From IMG/VR virus record IMGVR_UViG_3300034062_000589: DNA of 64,000 nucleotides, one strand, 5' to 3'. The notes below the pieces were generated by a model. It saw only the letters and a list, made by a program, of their open reading frames with translations, ran no database searches and was not told where the DNA came from. Shown here one piece after another: positions 35,701-46,329 of this stretch. The position numbers and the translations under genes were made by a program. The stretch's first letter is position 1; every line of letters begins with the position of its first letter. This stretch comes from an uncultured virus (IMG/VR IMGVR_UViG_3300034062_000589). Taxonomy: Duplodnaviria > Heunggongvirae > Uroviricota > Caudoviricetes.

Positions 35701-38518
35701 CAAAGCGCGAGAACATCGACATCTTCATCCCCGGCACCTGATTAGCCAAGAACTGCTGCATCATATTATCTGTTAAACCATATGACACAAACTCACGCAC
35801 ATCGGTAAATGCACCCACTTTATTTAACGCGTCGAGGTAAGGCGTGGAACGCCCCTCTGCTTTAGCAACCCGATAGACAAGCGCAGCCCGCTCCATTGTC
35901 TTAGTCATCATCTGCGCAAACGCCTGCAATGCAGGTGCGGTGTCTAGCTCGCCTCGCTCAGCCAGAGCCAGTGCGTAATCCAAGCGCAGGGTGGTAGCAG
36001 CGTGCAGGGCCTCATGCAGAATGGTTGTGTTGTTTACGCCGTTGACATCGCCAAAGCTCTCATCCCGCACATAGATAGTCTTGCGAGACTCGGAGTACAC
36101 GCCTTGCGTAGTGTCTTTAAATGCTTTGCTTATCTCGGCAGGCAGCTTAGTGTCTGGGCGGATTACGACAAACTGTATGCCTTTGACCGCGTTCAGGAGG
36201 CGTTGGGCCAGCAGCTTCTCAAACGGCTTGCCGGTGTTCATTATCCGGCGCAGTGCCTGCTGTGCAGTTGTGGCTGTCCCAAACTTAGGGTCTGCCTCGT
36301 CCGACATGTAAATGCTTGTGGACTTGAGGGGTGCTCTGCCCTGCTCCGCTTTGTAGTCAGCATAAAGCTCTTTGTACTGCGCTTGCTCTTGTGGAGTGAA
36401 CTGCGCTACGGCTTCACGGGCGGCTTTACCAGCCTTGGTCTCGCGGCGTGTAGGGTCTACGCTGGCGATGTACAAGTACATCTTGTTGTTCCACAAGTCT
36501 TCCTTGCGGTTGTTCTCAGCTTCTTCGTAGGCTGTCTGCGCATCCTCGGCGCTAACTCCGCGCTTAGCGAACTGCTCGGGGGCAAAGCCTAATGATAGTT
36601 TCTGGACAGCTTTAACCCGCCCCTCGATGTCACGGGCATCTTGGATTAAGTCCGCAGCTTGCGTTTTGCGTTCTTCCGGCGTCTTTGCTATGTCAGATTT
36701 CTTGCGTCCACCACCCGGTGCACGTTTGCGTACGGGGGCTTCAGCTTGTCCGGCTATGGCTGCGACGGTGGCGGCAGTTTCTTGCGGTCTTTCTTCTTTT
36801 GTTTCGACGGTTTCAATGGCTTCAGCGACACTGGGTTCCTCCGTTATGACTGCTTCAGGGGTTACTTCAGGGGTTACTTCGGGGGCAGTTACAGGCTCAA
36901 CAGCTTCAGGAACAGGCGCTGCTTCCATCGCTTCGGCTGGGGCAACTTGTACAACAGGCTGTACAGCTTCCGGAGTAACTCCACCTGTTTCCACGGGGGC
37001 TGCTTCTCCCACCATTTCAGTAGGAGCAATAGGAGCCACAGCAGTAGGTTCGACCACAGGAGCACGTTGTGCAACGACAAAGCCGCCATCTGGTGTTCCT
37101 TGGATTTCTAGTTGTTCTTTGTTCTCAAGCGTATCCAGCACCGCCTGTGCTTGCTCAAGTGTTGGTAGTGGTGGGGTTAGTGCAGTTGGCTGTACTGCCG
37201 CTCCTGTGACAGGCTCTCCAGTAAGTTGCTCAGCAGTAGCCAGTCCAGATGCGAGAGGTGCTTCAATTCCTCCGGTAACGGCTTCAGTTCCTCCGACAGG
37301 CATAGCAGCGCTAGGCTCAACTGTTCCGTCGATAGCTGGTGAAGGTACGACATCGGCAACTCCTTCCGTAGGCGCAAACTGCTTTGTTTCTTCGTCAATC
37401 AGTGTTTGCAGGCGGTCCAGTTCTCTCTGCTCTTGCGTAGCCGCACGACGTTCCGTAGCAACTTCAGCCACCCCAGTAGTCGCACCAAGGCCAGCACCGG
37501 CTGCTGCTTCCAACGTACCCTGCGCCACAACACCACGCATCGTTGGTACATCAAAGCCTTCTTCTTGGAGTGCAAGGTTCTTAGCCAGTTGTTCTTGTGC
37601 GCCTTGGAGGAATTCAGGACCCGCTTCTTTTGCGGCGGATTTTGCCGCTGTGCCTAGATAACCTTTAGCCGCTTGCTCGGCTACGTCTTCTGCAATATCC
37701 GCTGCGCCTTTACGGGCGAGTTTATTAGCGATCAAGCGGGCAATAGCGGGTTGTGCACCCGTAATAGCTTCGAGCGTACCAAGGCCAGCACCCGTGGTAA
37801 TCATGCCCATGTTCTCGCCAAAGTACTCCTGTGCCTTTACGGCTCGCGCTTCGGCTGCGGCGGGTTTCAAACCGGCCTTGATAAGTTCTTCTGCAACAGT
37901 TTCGTAGATAGCACCCTTGATGGTGCCCGCACCCATGACGGAGCCAACCGCCGCCGTAGTGCCAAGAACAGCCGCCGTAGGTGCGCCCGCTAGAGTAGTA
38001 GCAAGACCCGCAACGATAGCTGGACCCGACGTACCCAACGCATTAACAATGGTGTCTACTGGAGCAACAGAAAGCGCTTTAACACCCGCTATGACCTGAT
38101 CTGCGATACCTTTGTCTTCGGCATCTTTCATGATCTGAGCCATCTCACGCGAGTCTTTCTTTGACTGCGCACTCATCAAACTTGCTAGATGGTCTTCTAC
38201 AGAGCGTAGATTTTTAGACACCGAAGAGTTTGCACCAAACGCGTCAGAGATAAGCCGAACGCCAGTAACTGTTCCCTTCTGTAACTGCAACGGAATATCC
38301 GCAACCTGCCGGAATACAGACTGGTCTTCAGGTGTCGGCTCGGCGGTCTTAGTGCGAGCGTCGATGAACTTGGTGGGCTGCAAATCCTCGGGGAGAAGAT
38401 TGGCAGGGACGGCTCTACTCGTTTGTAATTCGGCGGGTAGTAAATTGTCCGGCACCGCCCTACCAACTGCGGGGGCAATATCCGACGGTAGCAGGTCGAG
38501 AGGTACCGGTTGTCCCAT
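32738..38518 (-). CDS. Large internal virion/ejection protein (polyvalent-like) with HExxH and PLxRFG-like regions
   Basis: About 1926 aa from ATG 38518; TILHEALHAAT; YFPLVREG; acidic Pro/Ala-rich linker; last gene of the structural arm. Confidence 0.7.
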   Translation of the reverse strand: MGQPVPLDLLPSDIAPAVGRAVPDNLLPAELQTSRAVPANLLPEDLQPTKFIDARTKTAEPTPEDQSVFRQVADIPLQLQKGTVTGVRLISDAFGANSSVSKNLRSVEDHLASLMSAQSKKDSREMAQIMKDAEDKGIADQVIAGVKALSVAPVDTIVNALGTSGPAIVAGLATTLAGAPTAAVLGTTAAVGSVMGAGTIKGAIYETVAEELIKAGLKPAAAEARAVKAQEYFGENMGMITTGAGLGTLEAITGAQPAIARLIANKLARKGAADIAEDVAEQAAKGYLGTAAKSAAKEAGPEFLQGAQEQLAKNLALQEEGFDVPTMRGVVAQGTLEAAAGAGLGATTGVAEVATERRAATQEQRELDRLQTLIDEETKQFAPTEGVADVVPSPAIDGTVEPSAAMPVGGTEAVTGGIEAPLASGLATAEQLTGEPVTGAAVQPTALTPPLPTLEQAQAVLDTLENKEQLEIQGTPDGGFVVAQRAPVVEPTAVAPIAPTEMVGEAAPVETGGVTPEAVQPVVQVAPAEAMEAAPVPEAVEPVTAPEVTPEVTPEAVITEEPSVAEAIETVETKEERPQETAATVAAIAGQAEAPVRKRAPGGGRKKSDIAKTPEERKTQAADLIQDARDIEGRVKAVQKLSLGFAPEQFAKRGVSAEDAQTAYEEAENNRKEDLWNNKMYLYIASVDPTRRETKAGKAAREAVAQFTPQEQAQYKELYADYKAEQGRAPLKSTSIYMSDEADPKFGTATTAQQALRRIMNTGKPFEKLLAQRLLNAVKGIQFVVIRPDTKLPAEISKAFKDTTQGVYSESRKTIYVRDESFGDVNGVNNTTILHEALHAATTLRLDYALALAERGELDTAPALQAFAQMMTKTMERAALVYRVAKAEGRSTPYLDALNKVGAFTDVREFVSYGLTDNMMQQFLANQVPGMKMSMFSRFVEAIRKLFGFDANSQSAFQDLVVTTDALLSERLPRDASLIATTPDTLAAVKNNGKKVEDFDAKLRQPQAGPEEQLTIIGQILKVRSWDDAKDVVSDIYNGTESQFRRPLLGSLTTRQITELNAAKQMIGGDGKPTLDNVLRIAEDMNGAKSKMLDETAAMAKVWHEWQRANPGKYRTLNRLIHLSTINQLDPSVDTRSATLTQMYEALGADGKKLYNDIRDFYKARFDKYKQILLDRISQTEADETTKAQIIAKLEKDFENLPQPYFPLVREGKYWVRIGNPKSSNMEYYMFEDPRERNFFVRQRAKELGTTVEALREDESNIFAMGDNFKEAVDEGMRSSKMLKDILELVDNANMIDKPALKDEIHQLYFSTLPEQNFRKHFIHRKGTAGFRSDALRNFAKSSFHTSVQLAKIEYGQKLRGAVTRAWDATKDMPQRDMLYKPLIEEMKDRVENILSPDRSDAAATKFANFLGSASFVYYMSAPASAITNLSGLFVFGMPVLNGEFGPRANLALAKNMNIFKTVGVTDKDGKFTFPTLLSRLTGHRRDAYMEALRRGKIDTTLTYDTLQLSRTPSEQYSGSTMSVMNAVGYLFHHSEKINREVMFMTAYDLAYERATKAGRDAKTAQEEALNDASRMTDEAMFDYSEFNKPRFFRGNVARVILQFKSFAQQTTFYLVKNFKAMFGSQPPGVRSTAITKFVGTLGMTGMFAGAMGLPLVSVIAYAMSLASEDDKDPEKRNPKLRFRKFLREEFGEDLGLALERGPVSWATDVDFHSRVKLDQLWFRELKTGKSEPEALREFIINMLGPSVGLGINTAEAMRRINDGDVQRGVEMLLPAGLRGFAVAMRMNEEGVRNLKDDKIIPRDKLSDKEIAIAATGFAPVKVAATQEDAAQAREQLDKIQADRTRVLDLFKDLNKKFTPSRRDEAVRSLKKFNRMNPMVGLDMDTIIKAVDGEVEASAMSVRGIRVSEKLRPALERLLPRSPYKE

Positions 38519-38520
38519 AA

Positions 38521-40932
38521 TTACTGATACTCCCACTGACCATTTCTAAACACAATAGGTTTCCCGTTTTTATCTTTAGCGGTAGCACCCTCCGTGTATT
38601 TTGTTGTAGCTGGAGGTGGTGTAGTAGTCGTAGTAGTCGTAGTAGGAACACCGGGTCGCTGCACACGTGATTGGACGGTACGTGCAACTTCATCCAAACG
38701 GGCTTGTATTTCTGCCTGAATAGCAGGTTTATCTTTATCGTCTGCCATCAAATACTTAGCCCGTAAATTTTTAATACCCTCGTCGTATCTTTGCGCTTCG
38801 GTAATTTCACTTTGCAGGCGAATATCAACGTTTGAAGCGCCGTATGGGTTATAACGCTTCATCTCCGCTACTTTGGTTGCCGCTTCTGAACGGATGTTTG
38901 CCAGTTCCTGCCCAACAGGGTCTTTGCCGTTATTTCTAGCGCGGTAATCTTCGATACCCCTCTGCGTCTCTGCGCTAAGGAACTCACGATCCAGATTAAA
39001 TTGACCGGCACGAGTAGCAGCAACCCCCGCCATACCCACTCTCTCTGAGGATGCAGTTGCTTCCCGCTTAACCTGAACGTCGGCCAAGGTCTTTTTAATA
39101 TCAGCATCAAGCGTAAACAGCTTAGTTTTGCGATCTTCAATCCGGTCCGCAATTTTATTAGCCTCACCATACCGCTGCATTTTCTCGGCCCGCTCGTAAC
39201 GCGCTGTGTCCAGACGTAGCTTGTTGGCTTCCTTCTCAGACTCCCGCTTGAGCTTCTCGAACTCTTTCATGTTGCGTCCAGCCGCAGCACCAGCTTTACC
39301 CAGTGCAGTAGCAAACGGTACCGCCTCACCAAACGCCGCCATCATCTCAAATGCCGCAGCAGCCTTAGCATTAGACTCAGCCTGTGGGCCCAGCTCAGAC
39401 GCTTTAGCAACTTTTTCAGCCAGCTCAACTGACCGGTCAGGACCGAGAAACTTCTCCAACCGAGCCAAACCTTTTTCTTCTGCACCAACGCGCTCTTCAT
39501 CCGTCATTACAGCTTTAGAAGGGTCTATCGCACGGAATGCAGACACATCGTCTGGTGGAGCTTTAACTTCTCTACCCTTAGCGAATGCAACGATACCGCC
39601 GCCACGCATAGCCGGTGCTTCTTCTGGGGCTTCGCCAACTGCCGTATCTGCAAACATAGCCGCAGGCATAGGAGCCGCAGCGATACCCGAGTCAGCGGTG
39701 TCATCCGCCGCAATCATCTCTTCTTTAATAGTGGTCTGGGGGGTGGACTCAGCCAAAATACCCGAGTTGCGTATGCGGGCGTTCAGGTTCTTCTGTTCCT
39801 GCACGAGTGCCAGTGTTGTAGCGTCACCCGCACCTTGGGCTACCTGATCCAACTGCTCTTCCGACATATCGCCCAACACAGAGCGCAGTTTGTCGATTGG
39901 CATAGTGTTAGGCACACTACCTTGCGGTGCAGCACCAGCGATACCACCTTCAGCCATCTTAATGATGCCGCCATCCTTTTTGAACATCTGATACGCACCA
40001 TAACCACCAAGCCCCAACTGAGCAAGTTGCGATGTCAGCGGAGGCGGTGCCTGATACTGCACTTGTGTTTGCTGGCCGAGCGGAACACCGCGCAAGATGT
40101 CCGACATAAACGCCAACTGCTGCTGTGGGTGACCGCGCTGAGACAGGAAGTCTTGGTAGGCTTGGCTCATTCTCTGCTGTTCCAGACCCTGCTGCTGAGC
40201 ACCTGCCGCTGCCTGCGCTTGCATTGCACCTTGTTGCTGGCCGAACTGAGTCTGACCCAACTGCCCCAAAGTACCTGCCATCTGCCCAGCCATACCGTAG
40301 CCGCGAAGCCCTAAGTCAGCACCAAACTGCTGAGCCTGTCTAGCCTGCTCAAACGCCGTCTGCATGCCGCGACCGTAAATATCACCTTGTTGCTGCGCAA
40401 GATTGCGCTGGCGCTCTGCTTCAACTATGGCCGAACGGGAACCACCAAAGGCACCTTGCTGGACGGCTTGAGCTTGGTTTTGCTGGCCTTGCATTAATGA
40501 CGCACGCTGTGCTTCTCTAAGCTGCGGAGCCATAGCGCCTTCAATATACGGCGACATGTATGCTTGCATACTGCCGGGAGATGTAGCTTGTTGTGCGTAC
40601 TGCTGACCTGCACCAAGACCGCCAAGACCTGCGATGCCCGCCAGTTGCGTGCCTTGCCCTATTTGTTGCGCTGGACCTAAGTTAGCCGCGCCTTGAAATG
40701 ATTGCTGCTGTAGTGGAGTAAAGCCAGCTACACGCTCCCCCTTATATGCTTGGTATGGAGAATCCGAAAAAGCCTCGGCCTTACCCAGCATGCGTTCTAC
40801 ATAGGGGCGGGCGTACTCAGGAATCGTAGTCGTAGTTTGTGTCGTGTTAGTGGGCTGGCTTCCACCACCACCGCCGGGGTAGAGCCTGTTATTACCGTTG
40901 ACGTAGCCGTTGAACTTATTGCGGATAATCAT
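38521..40932 (-). CDS. Internal virion/ejection protein
   Basis: Gln/Gly/Ala-rich; AYMSPY, GAFGGSR, QQQLAFMSDILRG motifs. Confidence 0.7.
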   Translation of the reverse strand: MIIRNKFNGYVNGNNRLYPGGGGGSQPTNTTQTTTTIPEYARPYVERMLGKAEAFSDSPYQAYKGERVAGFTPLQQQSFQGAANLGPAQQIGQGTQLAGIAGLGGLGAGQQYAQQATSPGSMQAYMSPYIEGAMAPQLREAQRASLMQGQQNQAQAVQQGAFGGSRSAIVEAERQRNLAQQQGDIYGRGMQTAFEQARQAQQFGADLGLRGYGMAGQMAGTLGQLGQTQFGQQQGAMQAQAAAGAQQQGLEQQRMSQAYQDFLSQRGHPQQQLAFMSDILRGVPLGQQTQVQYQAPPPLTSQLAQLGLGGYGAYQMFKKDGGIIKMAEGGIAGAAPQGSVPNTMPIDKLRSVLGDMSEEQLDQVAQGAGDATTLALVQEQKNLNARIRNSGILAESTPQTTIKEEMIAADDTADSGIAAAPMPAAMFADTAVGEAPEEAPAMRGGGIVAFAKGREVKAPPDDVSAFRAIDPSKAVMTDEERVGAEEKGLARLEKFLGPDRSVELAEKVAKASELGPQAESNAKAAAAFEMMAAFGEAVPFATALGKAGAAAGRNMKEFEKLKRESEKEANKLRLDTARYERAEKMQRYGEANKIADRIEDRKTKLFTLDADIKKTLADVQVKREATASSERVGMAGVAATRAGQFNLDREFLSAETQRGIEDYRARNNGKDPVGQELANIRSEAATKVAEMKRYNPYGASNVDIRLQSEITEAQRYDEGIKNLRAKYLMADDKDKPAIQAEIQARLDEVARTVQSRVQRPGVPTTTTTTTTPPPATTKYTEGATAKDKNGKPIVFRNGQWEYQ

Positions 40933-41333
40933 AATTTTGCTCCTACGATCCTATACTTTTCTTCGAACCCGTATCGCTTCCACAAGCGGGCTATGGATTC
41001 TCTGGCAGCACCTTCAATAGCGGTTGCGCCGAACGCTTTGAGCAAGTCAGAAAACTGTTGATACGTTTCCTTGTTAGTTATTAACTTGCCACCCATAGAC
41101 ACAACAAACGCAACCCGGTCATTCGGGCGGTTAAAGAACTGTATTGCCGACGCGCCTTTGATTTCTCCAGCTTCGTCTACAGCAACTACCAATGTCCAAG
41201 CACCAGTAACAATAAACGTCTTTACGTGTTCTATCGTGTAGTCAGTCTGGTAATCCAACGCCCATTTAATGTAGTCCTCGACCTTGGGCCAAACTTGATT
41301 TACGTACTCTAGGTTTACGTGCTGTATCTTCAT
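40929..41333 (-). CDS. GNAT-like small protein
   Basis: IEGAARESIARLWKRYGFEEKY resembles the acetyltransferase C-terminal motif. Confidence 0.5.
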   Translation of the reverse strand: MKIQHVNLEYVNQVWPKVEDYIKWALDYQTDYTIEHVKTFIVTGAWTLVVAVDEAGEIKGASAIQFFNRPNDRVAFVVSMGGKLITNKETYQQFSDLLKAFGATAIEGAARESIARLWKRYGFEEKYRIVGAKL

Positions 41334-42802
41334 GCGGGCAAGTGCTTAGACGCTTTACTGTCCACTGCCACCTTGCCTTTACCTACGCTTTTCTTGCGGG
41401 ACTTTTGCACACGATCCATCATCGCGTAAAGCTTTCGCGCACCAGCCTCCGTGCTTCCGTTACCAAGCTCCGAAACAATTCGGGCAGGCACGACAAATTC
41501 TCCATCAGCAAGACGGGCAGGCTGGCGATTACCAATAGAAGCAGGAATAGAATCAGAAACACCATCGCCCGGACCTTTCAACAACCGCCCACCATCAGAA
41601 TAACCACCTAAAGTAGATATACCACCCGCAGCAAACCTTGGCTCTCCGCTAAAAGCACTAACACCGGCATCGGCGCTTGGCGCTATAACATTAGTGGCTT
41701 CGGGGCGTTGCATCATTGGATTGGCGTACATCGGCGAGTTTATGTTTGCCATCGGGTAGCCAGTATTGGCCCCCACTGCATTTTGTGCCGCCATCTGCTC
41801 AACAGGGCCACCCATTGCATACGCAGAAGCAATACCCCCCTCGGCCTTCTCGTCTGCTTTGTACGGCTCACCAGCAGTATAGGTAGGGTTAAAGTAAAGC
41901 TGCTCACTGGTCGATCCGCCCGGCTGATATTCCGCACCTGTTGCGCCATAGTCAAAACCGTACGGGCGAATCATTGCGTTTGACTCAGGCTCTCTTACAC
42001 CCTTCTGTTTCATAGCATTTGTTAGGCCCATCGTGCCAAGACCAACTGCTGCACTGGTAGCGTAGGGATGCTCCTCAGCGTAATCTTTCGCGCCTTGTAC
42101 GCTAGGGTTTTGCATCAGGCTACCGAGGTTCTGCATGAAGTTTTGGCCGGGTTGTACAACTGACGGAGTAGCCATCGCATTTGGGGCTATACCTTGCGCG
42201 CCTTGAGCGTAAGAAATGGGTGCGTTACCCCGCATTGCCGTGTTGGCATTACGGATAGTCTCCGCCAGATTTGATGTTTGTGGAGTCAGCGAAGACGCAG
42301 TTGCATCACCGGCTAACTTAGGCCCCAGTTGAGTCAGGTTTTGCCCTAAGTTAGGCTGAGAAAATGCTTGTAGAAGCTGTTCACGCCCCGCCAAATTGGG
42401 AGCTACTTGGGCAAACTGCGATCCCGCTGCACCCGGCATTTGTGCGAGACCACCTTGTAGTGCTTGCGACTTAAGAGTATTTAACCCCATAGTTTGTGCG
42501 GCAGAGCCAGTTAAACCCGGAGTAACCCCCGGAGCCAGTGCACCCATACCACCTTGTAGACCGGGAAGAACGGTACCCGCAAGTTGAGATGCCGCTGCTG
42601 GAGCAATGTTAGCTGCAACCCCCGGAGCAAGGCCCCCTAACCCCGTGCCAATCGGACTAAGGCCCAGACTGCCAAGCAGTCCCCCGCTGCCAGCTAAGGA
42701 AGCACCAGCAGCTAACCCAGTTCCTAAAGCACCCAACCCCCCTGCTATAACGGGGGCAGTTAAAGCGGTACTGGCTATCCCAGCGGCAACGGCAGCAGGC
42801 AT
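41330..42802 (-). CDS. Internal virion protein
   Basis: Gly/Ala-rich; C-terminal GPGDGVSDSIPA...LADGEFVVPA domain. Confidence 0.7.
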   Translation of the reverse strand: MPAAVAAGIASTALTAPVIAGGLGALGTGLAAGASLAGSGGLLGSLGLSPIGTGLGGLAPGVAANIAPAAASQLAGTVLPGLQGGMGALAPGVTPGLTGSAAQTMGLNTLKSQALQGGLAQMPGAAGSQFAQVAPNLAGREQLLQAFSQPNLGQNLTQLGPKLAGDATASSLTPQTSNLAETIRNANTAMRGNAPISYAQGAQGIAPNAMATPSVVQPGQNFMQNLGSLMQNPSVQGAKDYAEEHPYATSAAVGLGTMGLTNAMKQKGVREPESNAMIRPYGFDYGATGAEYQPGGSTSEQLYFNPTYTAGEPYKADEKAEGGIASAYAMGGPVEQMAAQNAVGANTGYPMANINSPMYANPMMQRPEATNVIAPSADAGVSAFSGEPRFAAGGISTLGGYSDGGRLLKGPGDGVSDSIPASIGNRQPARLADGEFVVPARIVSELGNGSTEAGARKLYAMMDRVQKSRKKSVGKGKVAVDSKASKHLPA

Positions 42803-42803
42803 G

Positions 42804-43115
42804 TTAAATCTCCTTCTTCATCAGTACGAGGCCCATGTTTTGCCCATACTCGTGTAATCCGAACATTGCGATAAGTTTACGCGCTTTTACGTCATTCTCA
42901 AAAGGGGTTGCGTATACTTCATTGTATCCTGCCGCTTTTAACCCCGGCGCAACCACGTTAACAAAAATACTACGGTACCTCTTAAACTTTGACGGTGACC
43001 ACGCCCCCGGCGTTATGTTCAAGTGCAGCGCCACCTTACCAATCTCCCGCAAGTAATCGCAGAGGAAGCACACGTCTTCATCTTGGTACAGGGTTTCGCG
43101 CACGTCTTCCATCAC
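42804..43115 (-). CDS. GNAT-like small protein
   Basis: VYATPFENDVKARKLIAMFGL resembles GNAT motif B. Confidence 0.45.
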   Translation of the reverse strand: MMEDVRETLYQDEDVCFLCDYLREIGKVALHLNITPGAWSPSKFKRYRSIFVNVVAPGLKAAGYNEVYATPFENDVKARKLIAMFGLHEYGQNMGLVLMKKEI

Positions 43116-43780
43116 ACCACACCGCTTACAAACACAATCGACCCAATAGCCGACGGTATGCTGGGCAGGGCAAAGGGGGATGTCTGTGCTGGAGAAGCAT
43201 GTAAATACACCCCGTTACCGCCGCCTGAAGTCGCAGCTAAGTCTGTTGCCCAATACAAGGCCACCTCATCCCCGCCAGTTACCGTAAAAGTAACACTGGA
43301 ATAGGCAACAACTGCGCCGTCTACCCCGCCGTGCCTGTTGGGGATAGAAAATACGCTGGCAGAACCAGCCACATTTACGCCATTAATTTGTAGCCAAACG
43401 TACGCTTCATGAATCTGCGAAGCTGTGTTAAAAACTTGCAAACTATAGTCGATCTTGTACACCCCGGTATTGTCTGGGGTGGCCGTGCTGTTTGGGTTGA
43501 GCGTAAATCCGAGGCCAGAGTCCAGTGTGTTCCATAGCACCTTGGTGGCCGTGTTTGTGCCCGTTGCATACTGGTCAGTGCTGTCCTGCGCGGCAATATG
43601 GGGGAAAGACAGGAACCGCCCACCACCGTTGGATAGCAACTGCCCCGTGACGTTATCAAGCGTGTTGAAGTACTGGCGCAGGATGTTGTGTGTCGTATCC
43701 GAATACCCCCGGTCGTACTGAACCGGCGCAAAGGGGAGCGCGGGTGCTTTGGTAGAGTCTAATCGGTCTTTGCCAGCCAT
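43112..43780 (-). CDS. Virion (tail) protein
   Basis: APALPFAPVQY...LRQYFN N-terminus with a beta-rich C-terminal domain. Confidence 0.65.
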   Translation of the reverse strand: MAGKDRLDSTKAPALPFAPVQYDRGYSDTTHNILRQYFNTLDNVTGQLLSNGGGRFLSFPHIAAQDSTDQYATGTNTATKVLWNTLDSGLGFTLNPNSTATPDNTGVYKIDYSLQVFNTASQIHEAYVWLQINGVNVAGSASVFSIPNRHGGVDGAVVAYSSVTFTVTGGDEVALYWATDLAATSGGGNGVYLHASPAQTSPFALPSIPSAIGSIVFVSGVV

Positions 43781-46320
43781 CAGTTTCTACCGTCAGGACG
43801 CACATCAATACGGGGCACACCAAGCTGCCACTGCGTACCCAGAGTATCAGACTCAATTTTGAACGCCATCTGCCGCCCACGAACTCGGCTATAAATAATC
43901 TCAGTAAACTCTTGCACGGTGTAAGTGCTTTGCCCAGCGTAATTCTGCGGTGTTGTAACCGTTGGGGATAGCGCAGTACCGTAGCTTGAGCCGGGGTTTT
44001 GTCGTGGGCGCATCGTCATACGCACAGAGGGTTTTAATGGGTTCGGCGTTGAAGACCCATCGAACGTAATATCAGGCAGCATACGCCACACGAACCCGTA
44101 GTTGTGCCCATCCCCGATGTCAAAGTCAGAAGATTGGATGTAGGCGCTAATCGGGCTAGGGGGGTTAGTAGTCCCATCGTTTACGCCAAGCTCATGGAAC
44201 ACAAGCTGGTCATCAAATGTTGCCGCCATAGGATATTCCCGCAGGGGGGAGTCTATCCAAGCAGAGCGCTCTAGTGAGCCGTAATACCAGACCCGGTCAA
44301 GGTAATTAAAGATGACGTAGCGGTCGATAATGTCAGAATTGGCAGAGCAATAGAACCACCATATCTCACTGTATCCCTCGTTGGTGCCTGCAAAACATTG
44401 TGCAAACTGATCGCGGTTAATATCTTGGTACACGTACGTCCGCACGGCGCAAGGCAAAGTCTCAACCCGGCCTGAGTAAATATAGAATTTATCTACGCCC
44501 ATCCAGTAAACCACACCAGCCGCCGTAGCCATGGCGTTTTGTGAGACGATAGAAATATTATCCGCAAGTAACGTAAAGCCCCATACAAGCGGTGGGCCGA
44601 TGTACTGCATCGAGTAAATAGCCGCATCCGTCCAGACAAGAATTTCTTGGCGAGTTTGTAGCGCACCTACAATAGACGACCCGTGGGATAACCTGAAACT
44701 GCCCGCCTGATTAGTGATTGACGGCGTCCAGTCGGTGTAGCTTTCCTGCGCAGACCAGCGAATAAGTAGCGGGTCTTGAGTAAACGGGTCTGGCGAAACT
44801 AGCAAATCGTTACAGCCAAACGCAATCACAATACGTGACGCATCAGCCACCAGCACTTCGTTTATAGCAAACGGGCAGTCAGACGTACCGATAACCGTAA
44901 TGCCAGCGGTCGTAGCCGTAGCCGACTGATCCATGATGTAAGTACCCGCACCGCCAGTACCTGTACCGAACCCCGAAATTGTAGTCCCCGAAGGGATTCC
45001 AGCACCCGCAACGGTCATGCCAATAATAATGGTTCCAGACGTTACAAAATTTACAGTAAGCGTGGCGGTGGAATTAATATCTGCAATGCCGTTAAACGCA
45101 CCTACAAGCACTCCGCGTGTAGCTATGTCGGGTGCGGTGCTCGTGCCGGGGGACCAGTAATACAAACCACCACCACGGGGGTTGAACAGCAAGTCCTGCC
45201 CAAAATTGCTTTGGCTCCACAAACGTAACTGTGTGTTTGACGTAACTGATGCAGACTGACCCCAACCGTAATAGTTAGTAGCGTTTTGCACAATCGTATT
45301 ATCTGCATGGGGAGCTACAGTCGTACCCGACGCACCACGAGAACATCCAGTAAACGTAGTGCCTGTAAGGCCGGTGTAAGAAATAAGCTCTGCGCCGATA
45401 ATTAGCGTACCCGCTGGCGGGAAGTTGGTTGTGGAGTCAACGGTAATGGTGACGTTGTTCGCTGCTACAGGCTTACCTATTGGGTAATAAATCTGAGCGT
45501 TGGCTCCGCGAGTGATGCCGGTAAACGACGTAGCGGTAGTGCCGGTGTACGCAATTACTTCTGACCCAATTACAATATTGCCCGTCGCAGAAAAACCCGC
45601 CGTAGTTATAACGTCAATATCAGCAGTTGACGAAGGCGAAGTAATAGCCGTAGTAAGCGTGGTATCAAGGGTACCTGTTGCCATATTAAGTTGCGTCAAC
45701 GCAGGGCCAGTAATAACGCCACCCCACAGACCTGCACCCCAGCCTACCTGCGCGGTTCCTACGTTAGTACCATTATTAAGCTGGTACCTTGCCGTTACTG
45801 TGCCGCCGCCAGTTGCCGCAGAGGTTGCGTCAATAAGAGAAGTAATCGTGTAGGTGTTGGTGTCAACGTACGTGACTACAAATTCCCCGTTGAGATTCAA
45901 CCCGCCGACGACTGTAGCCCCAGAAAAAGTAACAAAGTCGCCAGTGATCGCACCATGATCGGGGTCGTTAACAACCACAATCTTCTCGGTGCCCGGAGTT
46001 ACGTTAGTCGTGAAGGGGTTACTTACAACTACGCTGTAGCGAATAGGGGTGATGTCATAGTAGACACCGCCGTACTCAATGTAAAACTTGCGCTCAGTGC
46101 CCACGCCCATCAAGTTAAAAAACTTCAGCGTGACCCAATTCCATAACGAACGGCATGTACCGATAAACGTTGACGCAGAAAGTAGTGTCCACCCGCCAAT
46201 CTTCTCTGGGTAGCCTGAACGAAACCGCACCTTGTCGCAGTCATACCAGCCACCTTCATTGGCGAGTGTTGTGCCTTCGCGGTTTACACCCGGACGGAAC
46301 TGAAGTTTTTGTAACGGCAT
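43780..46320 (-). CDS. Tail nozzle/DNA-stabilisation protein (P22 gp10-like)
   Basis: 846 aa beta-rich; [37 protein letters not shown]. Confidence 0.7.
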   Translation of the reverse strand: MPLQKLQFRPGVNREGTTLANEGGWYDCDKVRFRSGYPEKIGGWTLLSASTFIGTCRSLWNWVTLKFFNLMGVGTERKFYIEYGGVYYDITPIRYSVVVSNPFTTNVTPGTEKIVVVNDPDHGAITGDFVTFSGATVVGGLNLNGEFVVTYVDTNTYTITSLIDATSAATGGGTVTARYQLNNGTNVGTAQVGWGAGLWGGVITGPALTQLNMATGTLDTTLTTAITSPSSTADIDVITTAGFSATGNIVIGSEVIAYTGTTATSFTGITRGANAQIYYPIGKPVAANNVTITVDSTTNFPPAGTLIIGAELISYTGLTGTTFTGCSRGASGTTVAPHADNTIVQNATNYYGWGQSASVTSNTQLRLWSQSNFGQDLLFNPRGGGLYYWSPGTSTAPDIATRGVLVGAFNGIADINSTATLTVNFVTSGTIIIGMTVAGAGIPSGTTISGFGTGTGGAGTYIMDQSATATTAGITVIGTSDCPFAINEVLVADASRIVIAFGCNDLLVSPDPFTQDPLLIRWSAQESYTDWTPSITNQAGSFRLSHGSSIVGALQTRQEILVWTDAAIYSMQYIGPPLVWGFTLLADNISIVSQNAMATAAGVVYWMGVDKFYIYSGRVETLPCAVRTYVYQDINRDQFAQCFAGTNEGYSEIWWFYCSANSDIIDRYVIFNYLDRVWYYGSLERSAWIDSPLREYPMAATFDDQLVFHELGVNDGTTNPPSPISAYIQSSDFDIGDGHNYGFVWRMLPDITFDGSSTPNPLKPSVRMTMRPRQNPGSSYGTALSPTVTTPQNYAGQSTYTVQEFTEIIYSRVRGRQMAFKIESDTLGTQWQLGVPRIDVRPDGRN

Positions 46321-46329
46321 TGCTATTCC

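Noticed and set aside
36627..37661. Long + strand ORFs opposite structural genes (also 49485-50282, 62597-63352)
   Set aside because: Antisense shadows of well-supported minus-strand genes, with no RBS or motifs
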